Made by a program: the position numbers and the translations under genes. The notes beneath the pieces were generated by a model. It saw nothing but the letters and a program-made list of their open reading frames with translations. It was not told the DNA's origin and did no database searches. DNA of 36,333 nucleotides from Macrostomum lignano (taxonomy: Eukaryota): contig NIVC01004745.1 of assembly GCA_002269645.1 (NCBI GenBank), forward strand, positions 1-36,333. Direction: 5' to 3'. This document shows positions 20,966-31,044 of this stretch, piece after piece. The number at the start of each line of letters is the position of its first letter. The first letter of the stretch is position 1.

Positions 20966-23900
20966 ATGACTAAGCTCCACGCTGCCAAAGGAGCGACATT
21001 CTGTCTGCAAATAAATTTACAGCATTGCGTATCTGCGTCAGTAAATCTGATGAAGATTGCTGAGCTGTACAGGCCAGGCCTCATCCTGATCCAGGAACCC
21101 TGGATGCGCAACGGTAAGTTGCCCAACATTCCCTCTGGCTACTCTGATTTTTATGTGTGTGGCCCGGGGAACAGCCGCCCTAGAGCGGCTATCCTCGCTG
21201 CTAGCCATCTCCAGGCTTGGCTGAGGACTGATCTCTCTGATGGAGACCTTTGCGTCATCCAATCTAATCATTTCTCTCCGCGTACGTGTCTTGTTGCCTC
21301 GGTTTATATCCCAGGCGACAGAGACCCTGCTCCGAGAGTTTACTGCGCCTCGCGCAGTACTGCGAGTCCCAGAACGCTGAGCTGTGCTTAGGGGGCGACC
21401 TCAACGCGCACCACAAGCACTGGGGCAGCAAAGATACCAACACTAGAGGAGAGGAGCTTCTGGCCCTCATCTCTAACACAAACCTCATGCTCTGCAACCG
21501 CGGCAGCACTCCTACCTTTAATAATGGCAGATGGACCGAGGTCCTCGACGCCACACTCGTTACCCCAAGACTCTTTGACAGAGTTAAGGAGTGGAGAGTC
21601 TGGTCTGAGGAGCCCCTCCCTGTCTGACCACTGCTTTATCGCCTTTAACATCGCGGACACTAAAACCCAGTCTCCGATCACTTGGAGGCGCAATATCCGC
21701 AACACTGATTGGGCGGCCTACAAGGCTGCCCTTGATCTGCACCTGCAGGAACTCACGGACTTACGTCCGATTGAGACCTGCGAGGATGTGGATCATATGG
21801 CTGAGACGCTGACAGGTTGCATTATTGCAGCCTACGAAGCGGCTTGTCCTGCTCGCGCCTACAAAGGCAAGACCTCGGCGCCGTGGTGGAACCCGGAGCT
21901 GGGGAAACTCAGGCGGAAGGCCAAAAGCCTTCATCGCCGTGCCATGAAGACCGGAAACCCGGAGGACATGGAGCTTTTCCGGCAAGCCTCCCGCAATTTC
22001 AAATCTGAAGTGCGCAAGGCCAAGGAATGTAAGTGGCGCCAATTCTGCAATGAATTGGATCAAGACAGACCTACTTCTAGGCTTGTCAAGGCCCTTACAA
22101 TGGACAAAATGTCCAAATTAGCCATGATCAAAAAAGATGATGGCTCTCTTACTAAAGACCCTGAAGAAGTGCTTCAGCATATGCTTAGCACATTCTTCCG
22201 AGGGTACCTACTGCTAGACCGGAGCCCAACCATTCGATGGATGGAGCCACCCTAGCGGCGGGCATTGTCACTGAAGACCTAATCGCTCGTGCGGTCAGAA
22301 CCTTCAAACCCTTCAAATCTCCTGGACCTGATGGTATCTACCCTGTTCTCCTTCGTGAAGCAGCCAAGATACCCTCGTTCCTGAGACTCACCCGCAATCT
22401 TATGCGGGCCTCTATCCAGCTGGGATACGTTCCCAAATGCTGGACTGAAGCTCGGGTAGTCTTTATTCCCAAACCTGGGAAGGGTGACTACCAAAGCGTC
22501 AAGGCCTTCCGGCCTATTAGCTTAACGTCAGCAATGCTTAAGCTCACTGAGAGGCTTATTCTCTGGCGGCTGCTGTCCTGCGAGCTGACAGCGATGCCCC
22601 TCAGCAATAATCAGCACGCCTTCCGTACCGGGAGGTCGACTGACAGCGCCCTGCATGCGATTGTCGAGAAGATTGAACGGGCGGTACTGGGTGACGGTTA
22701 CGCCCTGGCTCTCTTTCTTGACATTGTTGGCGCCTTCGACAACGTTATCTTTGAAGCGTTTCAGAGGGCCCTTCAAAATCGCAAAGCTCATGCTACCCTC
22801 ATACGGTGGATCATGTACATGATCCCAACCGTACGGTCACTGCCCAACTTCTTGGGCAAACTGCCTCCACCAGAGTCTGTAAGGGTGGACCCCAAGGCGG
22901 AGTCCTCACCCCGACGCTCTGGAACCTGGTCATGGACGCTCTTCTGAGTGACTCCCGACCCGACCCCGTCTTCAAAGTCGGGTATGCTGATGACGTCACG
23001 GCCATTGTGGCAGGACCGTCTCCCAGCACGCTCAGGGATCTGATGCAGAGCTTTATCCGCAAAGCAGAATCCTGGGCCAATGACAATGGTCTGGAACTCT
23101 CTGAGCCCAAAACCGTTGCCATTATGTTTACCAGCAGACTACGCTGGAACATACGTCCTCTGCAGCTCTACGGCAGAGATATTGCCTTCGCGCACCAGAC
23201 CAGATGTCTCGGGGTCACACTTGACCACCGGCTCAACTGGTCCTTCCACGTGAAAGCAAAAGCCAAGCGTGCCTCAGCCATCCTGGCCAGCTCCGACGAG
23301 CACTTGGCACTTCTTGGGGTCTATCCCCAAAGCGGCTTTGGTGGATCTATACTTCCGTAGTTAGACCTGCCATTACGTACGCCTCTGTTGTCTGGGTTAG
23401 CGCTACCCAGGTCAAAAGCCATGCAGACCTGCTCAACACGATCCAAGGCAGAGCGTGTAGGCTCATCTGCAACGCCACCAGGTCCACGCCCTTTGCTGGC
23501 ATGGGGGCCTTCCTTAATCTACCGCCTCTTGACCTCTTCGTCAGGGGTGAGGCGGCTAGAACGACGCGGCGTCTAATTGATGCCGGCGTCAAATTCATTT
23601 ACATGAGAGCACCTGCTAAGCGGAACCTTGTCCCGCATAGCGACCTGTGCCTCAACTTTCTCAACGAGTGTCAGGCCAATCGCGTCTTCACCGATGGCAT
23701 TGCCTCAACGCTCAACCTGAGACAGCGCTACTCCATAGCTATCGACTCGCGCGATAACATCAATGACCAATGGAACCTTGATGAGCTTCATTGCTACACC
23801 GACGGTTCTAAGCAGTCAGCCAACACCGGCTTTGGTGTTGGAATCTTTCTGAACGGGAGGGTCATCGCTACCCACGCTCAATACACTGGGGTCAACTCCA

Positions 23901-24703
23901 GTGTTTTCCAAAATGAAGTTCTGGCCATCAGCTCCTGCACTGCAGAGCTTCTCGCCACTGGCGTTATTGGCAAGAACATCATTTTCCATTCGGACAGCCA
24001 AGCTGCCTTGCACGCCATCAGTGGCTGCAGCACCAACTCTGCTACAGTCCTCGACTGTATCAAACTCCTCAACGTGTTGGGTTCCGCCAACAAAATTACC
24101 CTTAAGTGGGTTCCGGGGCATGTGGGGATCCGAGGAAATGAGTTGGCTGACACCCTTGCAAAAGTCGGTGCCTCCGGCTCCTCTCTCGGCCCCGAACCTC
24201 TTGTCCCGATTCCTGGCTGTGTCATCAACTCGCGCATCAAAGCGTGGATCAGGACTCAGCACCGCTCGACTTGGGCGAACCGCACGAACTGCAGGCAATC
24301 CAGAGGCGCTGTCCCTCAGCCCTCTCACCAGCTCCGGAAGCTCCTCTTGCGCCTCTCGCGCAGAGACATCCGGGCTGCCACCATGACCCTCTCTGGTCAC
24401 GGCTGCTTCTCCAGGCACCAGTACCTGCAGGGCAACGCCACCAACGCCACCTGTAGTTTCTGTAACTCAGGTGACGAAACCGCTGAGCATTTCGTCAGCA
24501 TCTGTCCCGACTTTACGCGAGCCAGACTCACTTACCTCGGGCCACACACATCTATTACTGAAGCGTGCAAACCCGAAAACTTTATTCAGCTCATGCGCTA
24601 CCTTCGGGCCACCCGGAGGGCTGAACTCTCCTTTCCAGAGAGCACCATAGCTGCTGGCGACACTGGGGGACCTCCCTGGGCGGCGCCAACCCTCCGTCCA
24701 TAG
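20966..24703 (+). CDS. LINE ORF2: AP endonuclease, reverse transcriptase, RNase H, C-terminal Cys/His; several frameshifts
   Basis: LQINLQH, LIQEPW, GGDLNAHH, TPTF, SDH (APE); KSPGPDGI, FIPKPGK, RPISLTS, LDIVGAFD, GPQGGVLTP, YADD (RT); YTDGSK..VFQNEV..SDSQAA..WVPGHVGIRGNELAD (RH); CSFC..ETAEHFVSICP. Confidence 0.93.
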
Positions 24704-24801
24704 CGACGCGTCGGCCGTTCAGGGATTAGCGGAATGGGCGCCCGCGCCTTTCCGCTGTGTCCCCTCCGGGACAGCCCTGCAGCTAAGTCTAAGTAAGTCA
24801 A

Positions 24802-25101
24802 GAGCAGTCTTGGTTTATTAGCCAACTGATTGGCAGAGAGTTTGTCCATCACAGAAGAGACTGTGATACAATTCGGTAAATCCCTAATCGCTCGCTCCAC
24901 TACGTAAAGCCGACCCTCGCATCCGTATTCTATTTCAATGTTCTGCTCCAGAAAGCCGAGCCTGAGAAATAGGTGCTTCAGATTGGCGCAGTCCATTCTA
25001 GTGCCTCTTCTGCGATTGAGTTCCTTAAAGTTTTCGTTTGCTATTATGAGAACTCTTCCATCTCCCTTGTTCTCATAGAAGCTACCGGCTTCATCGGTCA
25101 A
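24802..25101 (-). pseudogene. Caspase-like gene B, p20 N-terminal part
   Basis: ENKGDGRVLIIANENF..RRGTRMDCANLKHLFLRLGF..GCEGRLY..LANKPRLL, a classic caspase p20 layout cut at the LINE TSD. Confidence 0.85.
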
Positions 25102-25453
25102 TTGTAGTATTTTCTGTTGTTCTATTTTTTAGGTTGTTCTCCAATAACCTATCCTTAAGGTTGAAGGCTCCGATTTGTAGGTTCGGGTTTTTCCCAGTCC
25201 TAAAATGCGTGTAAATGACTTCGCAAGAACCAAGATTGTCTGTATCATTTGAGTGCTCGATTTTTGCTTTTAGGTCATCTAGAAAGCACAATAGATTGTT
25301 CGTATCTCCGCGTTTGTAGATCAAAGAAATGTTCGGATATTCTGTTTTCCAATTCTCATCGGTCAGAGTTACAACATCATTATCCTCCTTGATGTCTGGA
25401 GCTGATTTGTCCTCAGGATCTCTTAGCCTGCAGAATATCAACAGCCTTTGCAA
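25091..25453 (-). CDS. Probable upstream (prodomain-like) segment of caspase-like gene B, one frameshift from the p20 frame
   Basis: 120-aa open frame overlapping the p20 start by 11 nt, with an A-run at the junction. No recognisable family. Confidence 0.4.
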   Translation of the reverse strand: MQRLLIFCRLRDPEDKSAPDIKEDNDVVTLTDENWKTEYPNISLIYKRGDTNNLLCFLDDLKAKIEHSNDTDNLGSCEVIYTHFRTGKNPNLQIGAFNLKDRLLENNLKNRTTENTTIDR

Positions 25454-25916
25454 CTTCGGATTGAAATTTTCTCACAGCTCCTTCAGCACCGTTTCGAGAG
25501 CTGTTGTAAAGTATGCTCGATCATTGTCCTTCTTGACGGACTTCGCAAGGAAAGAAAAATGCTAGTGTGCCGCACGGACTCCTCCCGCACTTTATCCTGT
25601 GGTTGTTTTGAGCCCGATATTCTTCATCAGACCTTCAAACTTAGTTGTTCGTGAAGTACGAGGTCACCATTCTCTAGTTTCTCGTCGGCATAGATGTGCG
25701 CTGTTCCTCGGATTTTGTCAACCAGCCCTGCAAAAACTAATCGCTGTTGATGACATCAATAATCGAAAGATTGCCTGCTTCAGCTATTCGTGTTATGACG
25801 GACATTGGTGAAATAATTTTTGACTACATTCATACACATCGACACCCAAGTGGTTTCTAAGCTGGAACCGTGCTTCTAATCTACGCGCATGCATGGGAGC
25901 CCCTGGGATCAGTCAT

Positions 25917-26540
25917 ATCTATCCTCTATCATCTATTCTCCATCCTCTATCCTCTAACCTCTCTACTCTATCCTCTATCCTCTATCCTCTATCCTCTATT
26001 CTCTATCCTCTAACCTCTACTCTATCCTCTATCCTCTATCCTCTATCCTCTATCCTCTCTACTCTATCCTCTATCCTCTATCCTCTATCCTCTATTCTCT
26101 ATCCTCTAACCTCTACTCTATCCTCTATCCTCTATCCTCTATCCTCTATCCTCTCTACTCTATCCTCTATCCTCTAGCCTCTACCCTCTACCCTCTAACC
26201 TCTCTACTCTATCCTCTATCCTCTATCCTCTATCCTCTATCCTATATTCTCTACCTTCTATCCTCTAATCTCTCTACTCTATCCTCTATCCTCTATCCTC
26301 TACCCTCTACCCTCTAACCTCTCTACTCTATCCTCTATCCTCTATCCTCTAGCCTCTACCCTCTACTCTATCCTCTATCCTCTATCCTCTATCCTCTATC
26401 CTCTATCCTCTATCCTCTAATCTCTCTACTCTATCCTCTATCCTCTATCCTCTACCCTCTACCCTCTAACCTCTCTACTCTATCCTCTATCCTCTATCCT
26501 CTATCCTCTATCCTCTACCCTCTAACATCTCTACTCAATC
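25917..26540. repeat. 7-bp (CCTCTAT)n pyrimidine-rich microsatellite with variant units
   Basis: Direct reading; recurring CTAACCTCTCTACT interruptions. Confidence 0.97.
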
Positions 26541-26571
26541 CTTAAATCGTATCCCAGTGGTTAGAAAAATT

Positions 26572-26621
26572 GGGGCGTACCCTCTAGGCCGGCGCCCCGG
26601 CGGCCCTCAAGGGTACGCCCC
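26572..26621. other. GC-rich hairpin (12-bp perfect stem GGGGCGTACCCT/AGGGTACGCCCC)
   Basis: Inverted repeat at 26572-26583 and 26610-26621. Confidence 0.7.
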
Positions 26622-27364
26622 ATCCCGCAAGATAAAAGTTTGTAGGTTTTCTTCTTTGTACGTATGAAATATTTTTGTGAGGAAATTATGTAAAGAGCAG
26701 AATTTTTAAAGTTGATTTTTTTAGTTTCGGGTGTTTTTGTGCTCGAACCTGACAGTACGCCTTTCAGTACGTGCAGTGGACAGTGGGGCGAACTATTGAT
26801 ATCCTTATTAATTATTTTCTTGTATAATGAGCTCATTATTTATTTGCATTGACCAATCCTCATACTACAGCTAACTTGAACTTTTAACCCTTTGAGCAGC
26901 CATCTCTTTGAAAAATTGCTGCAAGCTCCAAAGTGGGGTATAGGCGACTCGTGCAAATTTTTCTGAGTTTCATACACTTCAGAAATTGGATGTGAACGCA
27001 AAAGTGTGCGTTTTAGCCTACCTACTTATAAGTAATACCTTTTGATCTTCGAAATCAACGCAACAAAAAATATATTTTTTAATACTCCACTACTTAAGCA
27101 CTAGCGCATGTACAATGTTGCTTGTATTCTTAAGTTTTCATTTAGATGAGTCCGATTTGGTGGTCAATTCAGGATTTTTAAAGTAGTGGGGGCAGATTTG
27201 CCCAAATTTTTGTTTTGGTCTAAAAAGCCAAAGTAAGCTCAAAATTTACCCCCCTTATATGCAAGTCCAGCCATGGCAAAGGGGCGGCCGCCGGGTCTAC
27301 TACATCTACGAGTACATTTGACCGCCACAATTTGATCGCCGTTCTATTCAAGGTGAAATAGGGC

Positions 27365-28066
27365 GGCGGGCAAATTGTCTGGCGGGCAAATTGTCTGGCG
27401 GGCAAATTGTCTGGCGGGCAAATTGTCTGGCGGGCAAATTGTCTGGCGGGCAAATTGTCTGGCGGGCAAATTGTCTGGCGGGCAAATTGTCTGGCGGGCA
27501 AATTGTCTGGCGGGCAAATTGTCTGGCGGGCAAATTGTCTGGCGGGCAAATTGTCTGGCGGGCAAATTGTCTGGCGGGCAAATTGTCTGGCGGGCAAATT
27601 GTCTGGCGGGCAAATTGTCTGGCGGGCAAATTGTCTGGCGGGCAAATTGTCTGGCGGGCAAATTGTCTGGCGGGCAAATTGTCTGGCGGGCAAATTGTCT
27701 GGCGGGCAAATTGTCTGGCGGGCAAATTGTCTGGCGGGCAAATTGTCTGGCGGGCAAATTGTCTGGCGGGCAAATTGTCTGGCGGGCAAATTGTCTGGCG
27801 GGCAAATTGTCTGGCGGGCAAATTGTCTGGCGGGCAAATTGTCTGGCGGGCAAATTGTCTGGCGGGCAAATTGTCTGGCGGGCAAATTGTCTGGCGGGCA
27901 AATTGTCTGGCGGGCAAATTGTCTGGCGGGCAAATTGTCTGGCGGGCAAATTGTCTGGCGGGCAAATTGTCTGGCGGGCAAATTGTCTGGCGGGCAAATT
28001 GTCTGGCGGGCAAATTGTCTGGCGGGCAAATTGTCTGGCGGGCAAATTGTCTGGCGGGCAAATTGT
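27365..28066. repeat. 16-bp tandem array (GGCGGGCAAATTGTCT) x about 43.9, apparently perfect
   Basis: Direct reading; no variant unit noticed. Confidence 0.98.
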
Positions 28067-28498
28067 GGCGGTCTCCGCTGTCGGTCTCCCGCGGCCGCGC
28101 CCCCCCCCTTGGATAGTGGCGTAAATAAATACTCATTTCAAAGTTTTACATGTAAGTAGGCGGCATACCCTTGCACAAGGTTGCATAATTATTTGAAAGC
28201 CGTATGCTTGTATGGGGTGGACAGTTGACAGTCAAAATGCCTATATCTACATGTACCTCCATACAGTAATAATTTACCTATTAAACAACAGGTAAGGTCA
28301 AAGATAACATATGCGTATGCCAGCAAAGGTTTAAAATTTTCAATAATTAATTGTACGGTACAATGCGATAGCAAAACAAACTAATCTTAGATGCAGCTAT
28401 TATCTAGAATCTCGATTTATCTTCCAGAATTTTAGAGAAATACAACTAGGACAGGGGAAATCCCGGAAAATCAATCAGGTTTGCCAAGCTGTATTAAA

Positions 28499-29133
28499 GG
28501 GGGACCAAGCGCATTTTTGCCAAAATACAGAGCCACCCCTCCGCCCCCTTGGGTCTTTACCCTTCAGAATCCGCCCCCCCCCACATAAGAAATTCTGCTT
28601 GCGCCACTGCTAACAGTTCAAGTAATTCTGGAGAGCACAGAGTGCTGTCTAGAGAAGCTGTTCAGGCTTGGCACAACGCGCCCGCCAAAATTTTGTTAAT
28701 GTCAACTTTTGCTCATTGTAATGATCGAAATTCCTTGCGAGGGATTGGCTAACTATTTTACTTTAAGTGCCAGATAGAGAATCTAGCTCAAGACTGCGGG
28801 CCAGAAGGAGGAGAGTGGAGGGGAGAGGGGAGAGATGTGAGATGTGAGAGGAGGGAAGAGAGGAGAGAGGCGAGATGAGAGAAAGAAGGGAGATAAAGGG
28901 AGAGAGGAGAGAGGCGAAAGGAGAGATGTCAGAGGAAGGGAGCAAGCAGTAGGGCAACCAGAAATTTTTTGAGGGGGGGGCGGATTCTGGAAGGTAAAGT
29001 CCCGTGAGGGAGGGGCGGATGGGAGGCTCTGTTTTTGGCGAAAATTCGCTTGGTCCCCCCTTCAATTTTTTCTGGGTCTCCGCCTAAGGGGGGGCCCCGC
29101 CCCCCCCCCCCGCCCCCCCTGGTTGCGCCACTG
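28499..29133. mobile_element. MITE-like non-autonomous element(s): about 110-bp imperfect inverted repeats plus a third CAGTGGCGCAACCAG-type terminus
   Basis: 28499-28609 (GGGGGACCAAGC..GCGCCACTG) is an imperfect inverted copy of 28947-29060. CTGGTTGCGCCACTG ends at 29133. GA-rich tracts lie between and after. Confidence 0.6.
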
Positions 29134-29288
29134 GGAGCAAGGAAAGAGGGGAAAGGAGGAGAGAGGGGAGATTTTGATGAGAAAAGGAGAAGAAATTAGC
29201 AAAAAAGCTGAGAAGAGATGCAAACCTTGAGCGGGCTGGATTGTTATTGGCATGGGAAGTTAGAAAGGACCCGAGGGCTGGATAGAGA

Positions 29289-29335
29289 GACTGCGGGCCG
29301 CATGTGGCCCGTGGGCTGGAGTTTGCTGACCCCTG
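29289..29335 (-). mobile_element. hAT (Charlie-like) terminal sequence fragment
   Basis: The reverse complement reads CAGGGGTCAGCAAACT..GGGCCACATGCGGCCC, the terminal/subterminal signature typical of hAT-Charlie MITEs. The partner end was not found. Confidence 0.55.
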
Positions 29336-30213
29336 CAGCCTGCAGTAGGCTATGCATGACGGGCCCAGTTAACTGCATAATGGCAAATAAGAGACATGGG
29401 AGATTGGAGATAGGAGACTGTCTCCCCTGTCTCCCTTCATTTATCTCCCCGATTACGAGTAGGGCACAGTCACTCAGTCACATTTTGATAAGGAGGGATA
29501 CATAGACATAGATATTTTCTCAGTTTTCATATTCAGAGGCGGTCAGAGCTCAAATGGGACAGGTCATGAATAAATAACAATCTAACCCCCGCCTTGTCAT
29601 TTTTCCGGATGAATAAATCCACTGAATCATAAAGGTTTCAAAGTGCCTTTGCGTTCTCATGACAGTTTTTGCCACTCAATTATTCTAGTCTTACTGAATC
29701 CCCGAGTTAACAGAAAATTATAGCTCGGCGCACGTCCGCCAGCTTGAATATTCTCGCTATATTGTTCTCTATTTGCGATCGTCTTTTACAACCCGACATC
29801 AATAAAACCCGTGTGGGCTTTATCTCTCATTAACAGAAATCTCTCATCAATTATAGCCTGTATAAAGCTTACTCATTTTGAGTTGCTCTTAGAAAAATGT
29901 TTTGAATTTCCTGGCCAGTGGCAATAACCCGTAATGACAGGGCAATGCAAGGAATTATTTTAACCTAGAGGTGACAGCTAATTTTGGCCAATTCATTTCA
30001 GTTGGGTGGGGGGGGGTTAGAAGAAAGGCTAGAGAAGTGATATGGGAATTTCTACGTTGTACCGTTCTTGCCTGCTTAAGCGAACCTATGCGAAACAAAC
30101 AAACTGTCCTGACTCCTTATCAGTGCAGGTCATCAAGTTTTTTCTATTCCCATATTGCACCAAAGATAAAGGAAGAACAAAGACGAATTTCGTGCGAGGC
30201 TTGACAAGGTCTG

Positions 30214-30216
<3 letters not shown>

Positions 30217-30268
<52 letters not shown>
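30217..30268. repeat. (TA)n microsatellite, about 26 units
   Basis: Direct reading. Confidence 0.98.
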
Positions 30269-30274
<6 letters not shown>

Positions 30275-31044
30275 AGTTACAACCTAGCATAAACACATAA
30301 ATACTTTGATACGGAAAGTATTGATTCGATCTGACCTAAAATAGGTGCCAGCAAAAGAAAGAAAATATTCATAGCATTTTATATGTGCTTAAAAGTAAAA
30401 CCAGATGGTAACAGATGGAAATTACAGTTGTGCAGCTAGTTGATTATTATCAATGGGATAAGTAAAATATTACAAAAATTCTGTTGGCTTGAATTGGAGG
30501 TAGGAATACTGTATACAATACCATTAGTATTTCATACTCGTATACTGGGTTTAAGAAAATAAATCCCCCATTTCAGCCACATACAGCGGCATCACCTCCC
30601 ACTAAGTTTCCGGCCCCTCCACCCCTCCTACACAGTTTTGAGCTAAATTACCCCTCCGGCCTCTATAACACCGAATTTTAAGCTGTACCTAATTCTAGGG
30701 TTCAAGAATGTAAACAATAAAGATAGAATCAATATAATCAGTCTCTAAAATAACTCCAGTTCATGAATGACCGATCGCCAGGCTTGTAGTAAACTCGTGA
30801 AACTGCGGATCCTAAAAGTAAAGATAAAATGGCAGTTGCGATCGAGTATGCATCGTAATATACTAATATTTAACTCACAATCTACAATCATGTCTGCGTG
30901 TTGAAGCTGAGAACATATACAGGAAGAAATTGCAGAATTGCAGAATACAGGGAATACGAGAATCGAGATAGAAGGAAATCGGATTGATATAAAAAACCAG
31001 AGAAAGATATTTTTAGTACTCACTTGCGACTCACGCGTCCTACA

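Larger units (their letters stand above)
18908..24801 (+). mobile_element. Full-length (5.9 kb) non-LTR retrotransposon, LOA/I-group-like, ORF1+ORF2 with RNase H
   Basis: 13-bp TSD GAGCAGTCTTGGT at 18895-18907 and 24802-24814. 3' tail CTAAGTCTAAGTAAGT. APE-RT-RH-Cys/His ORF2. Confidence 0.95.

Noticed and set aside
26884-26896. TTAACCCTTTGAG as a piggyBac terminus
   Set aside because: No matching AAGGGTTAA right end was found.
27220-28159. Six 230-270-aa ORFs on both strands
   Set aside because: Translations of the 16-bp tandem array.
30280-30300. CCTAGCATAAACAC as the left TIR of the EnSpm-like element
   Set aside because: The other terminus is not in the window, so it cannot be verified.
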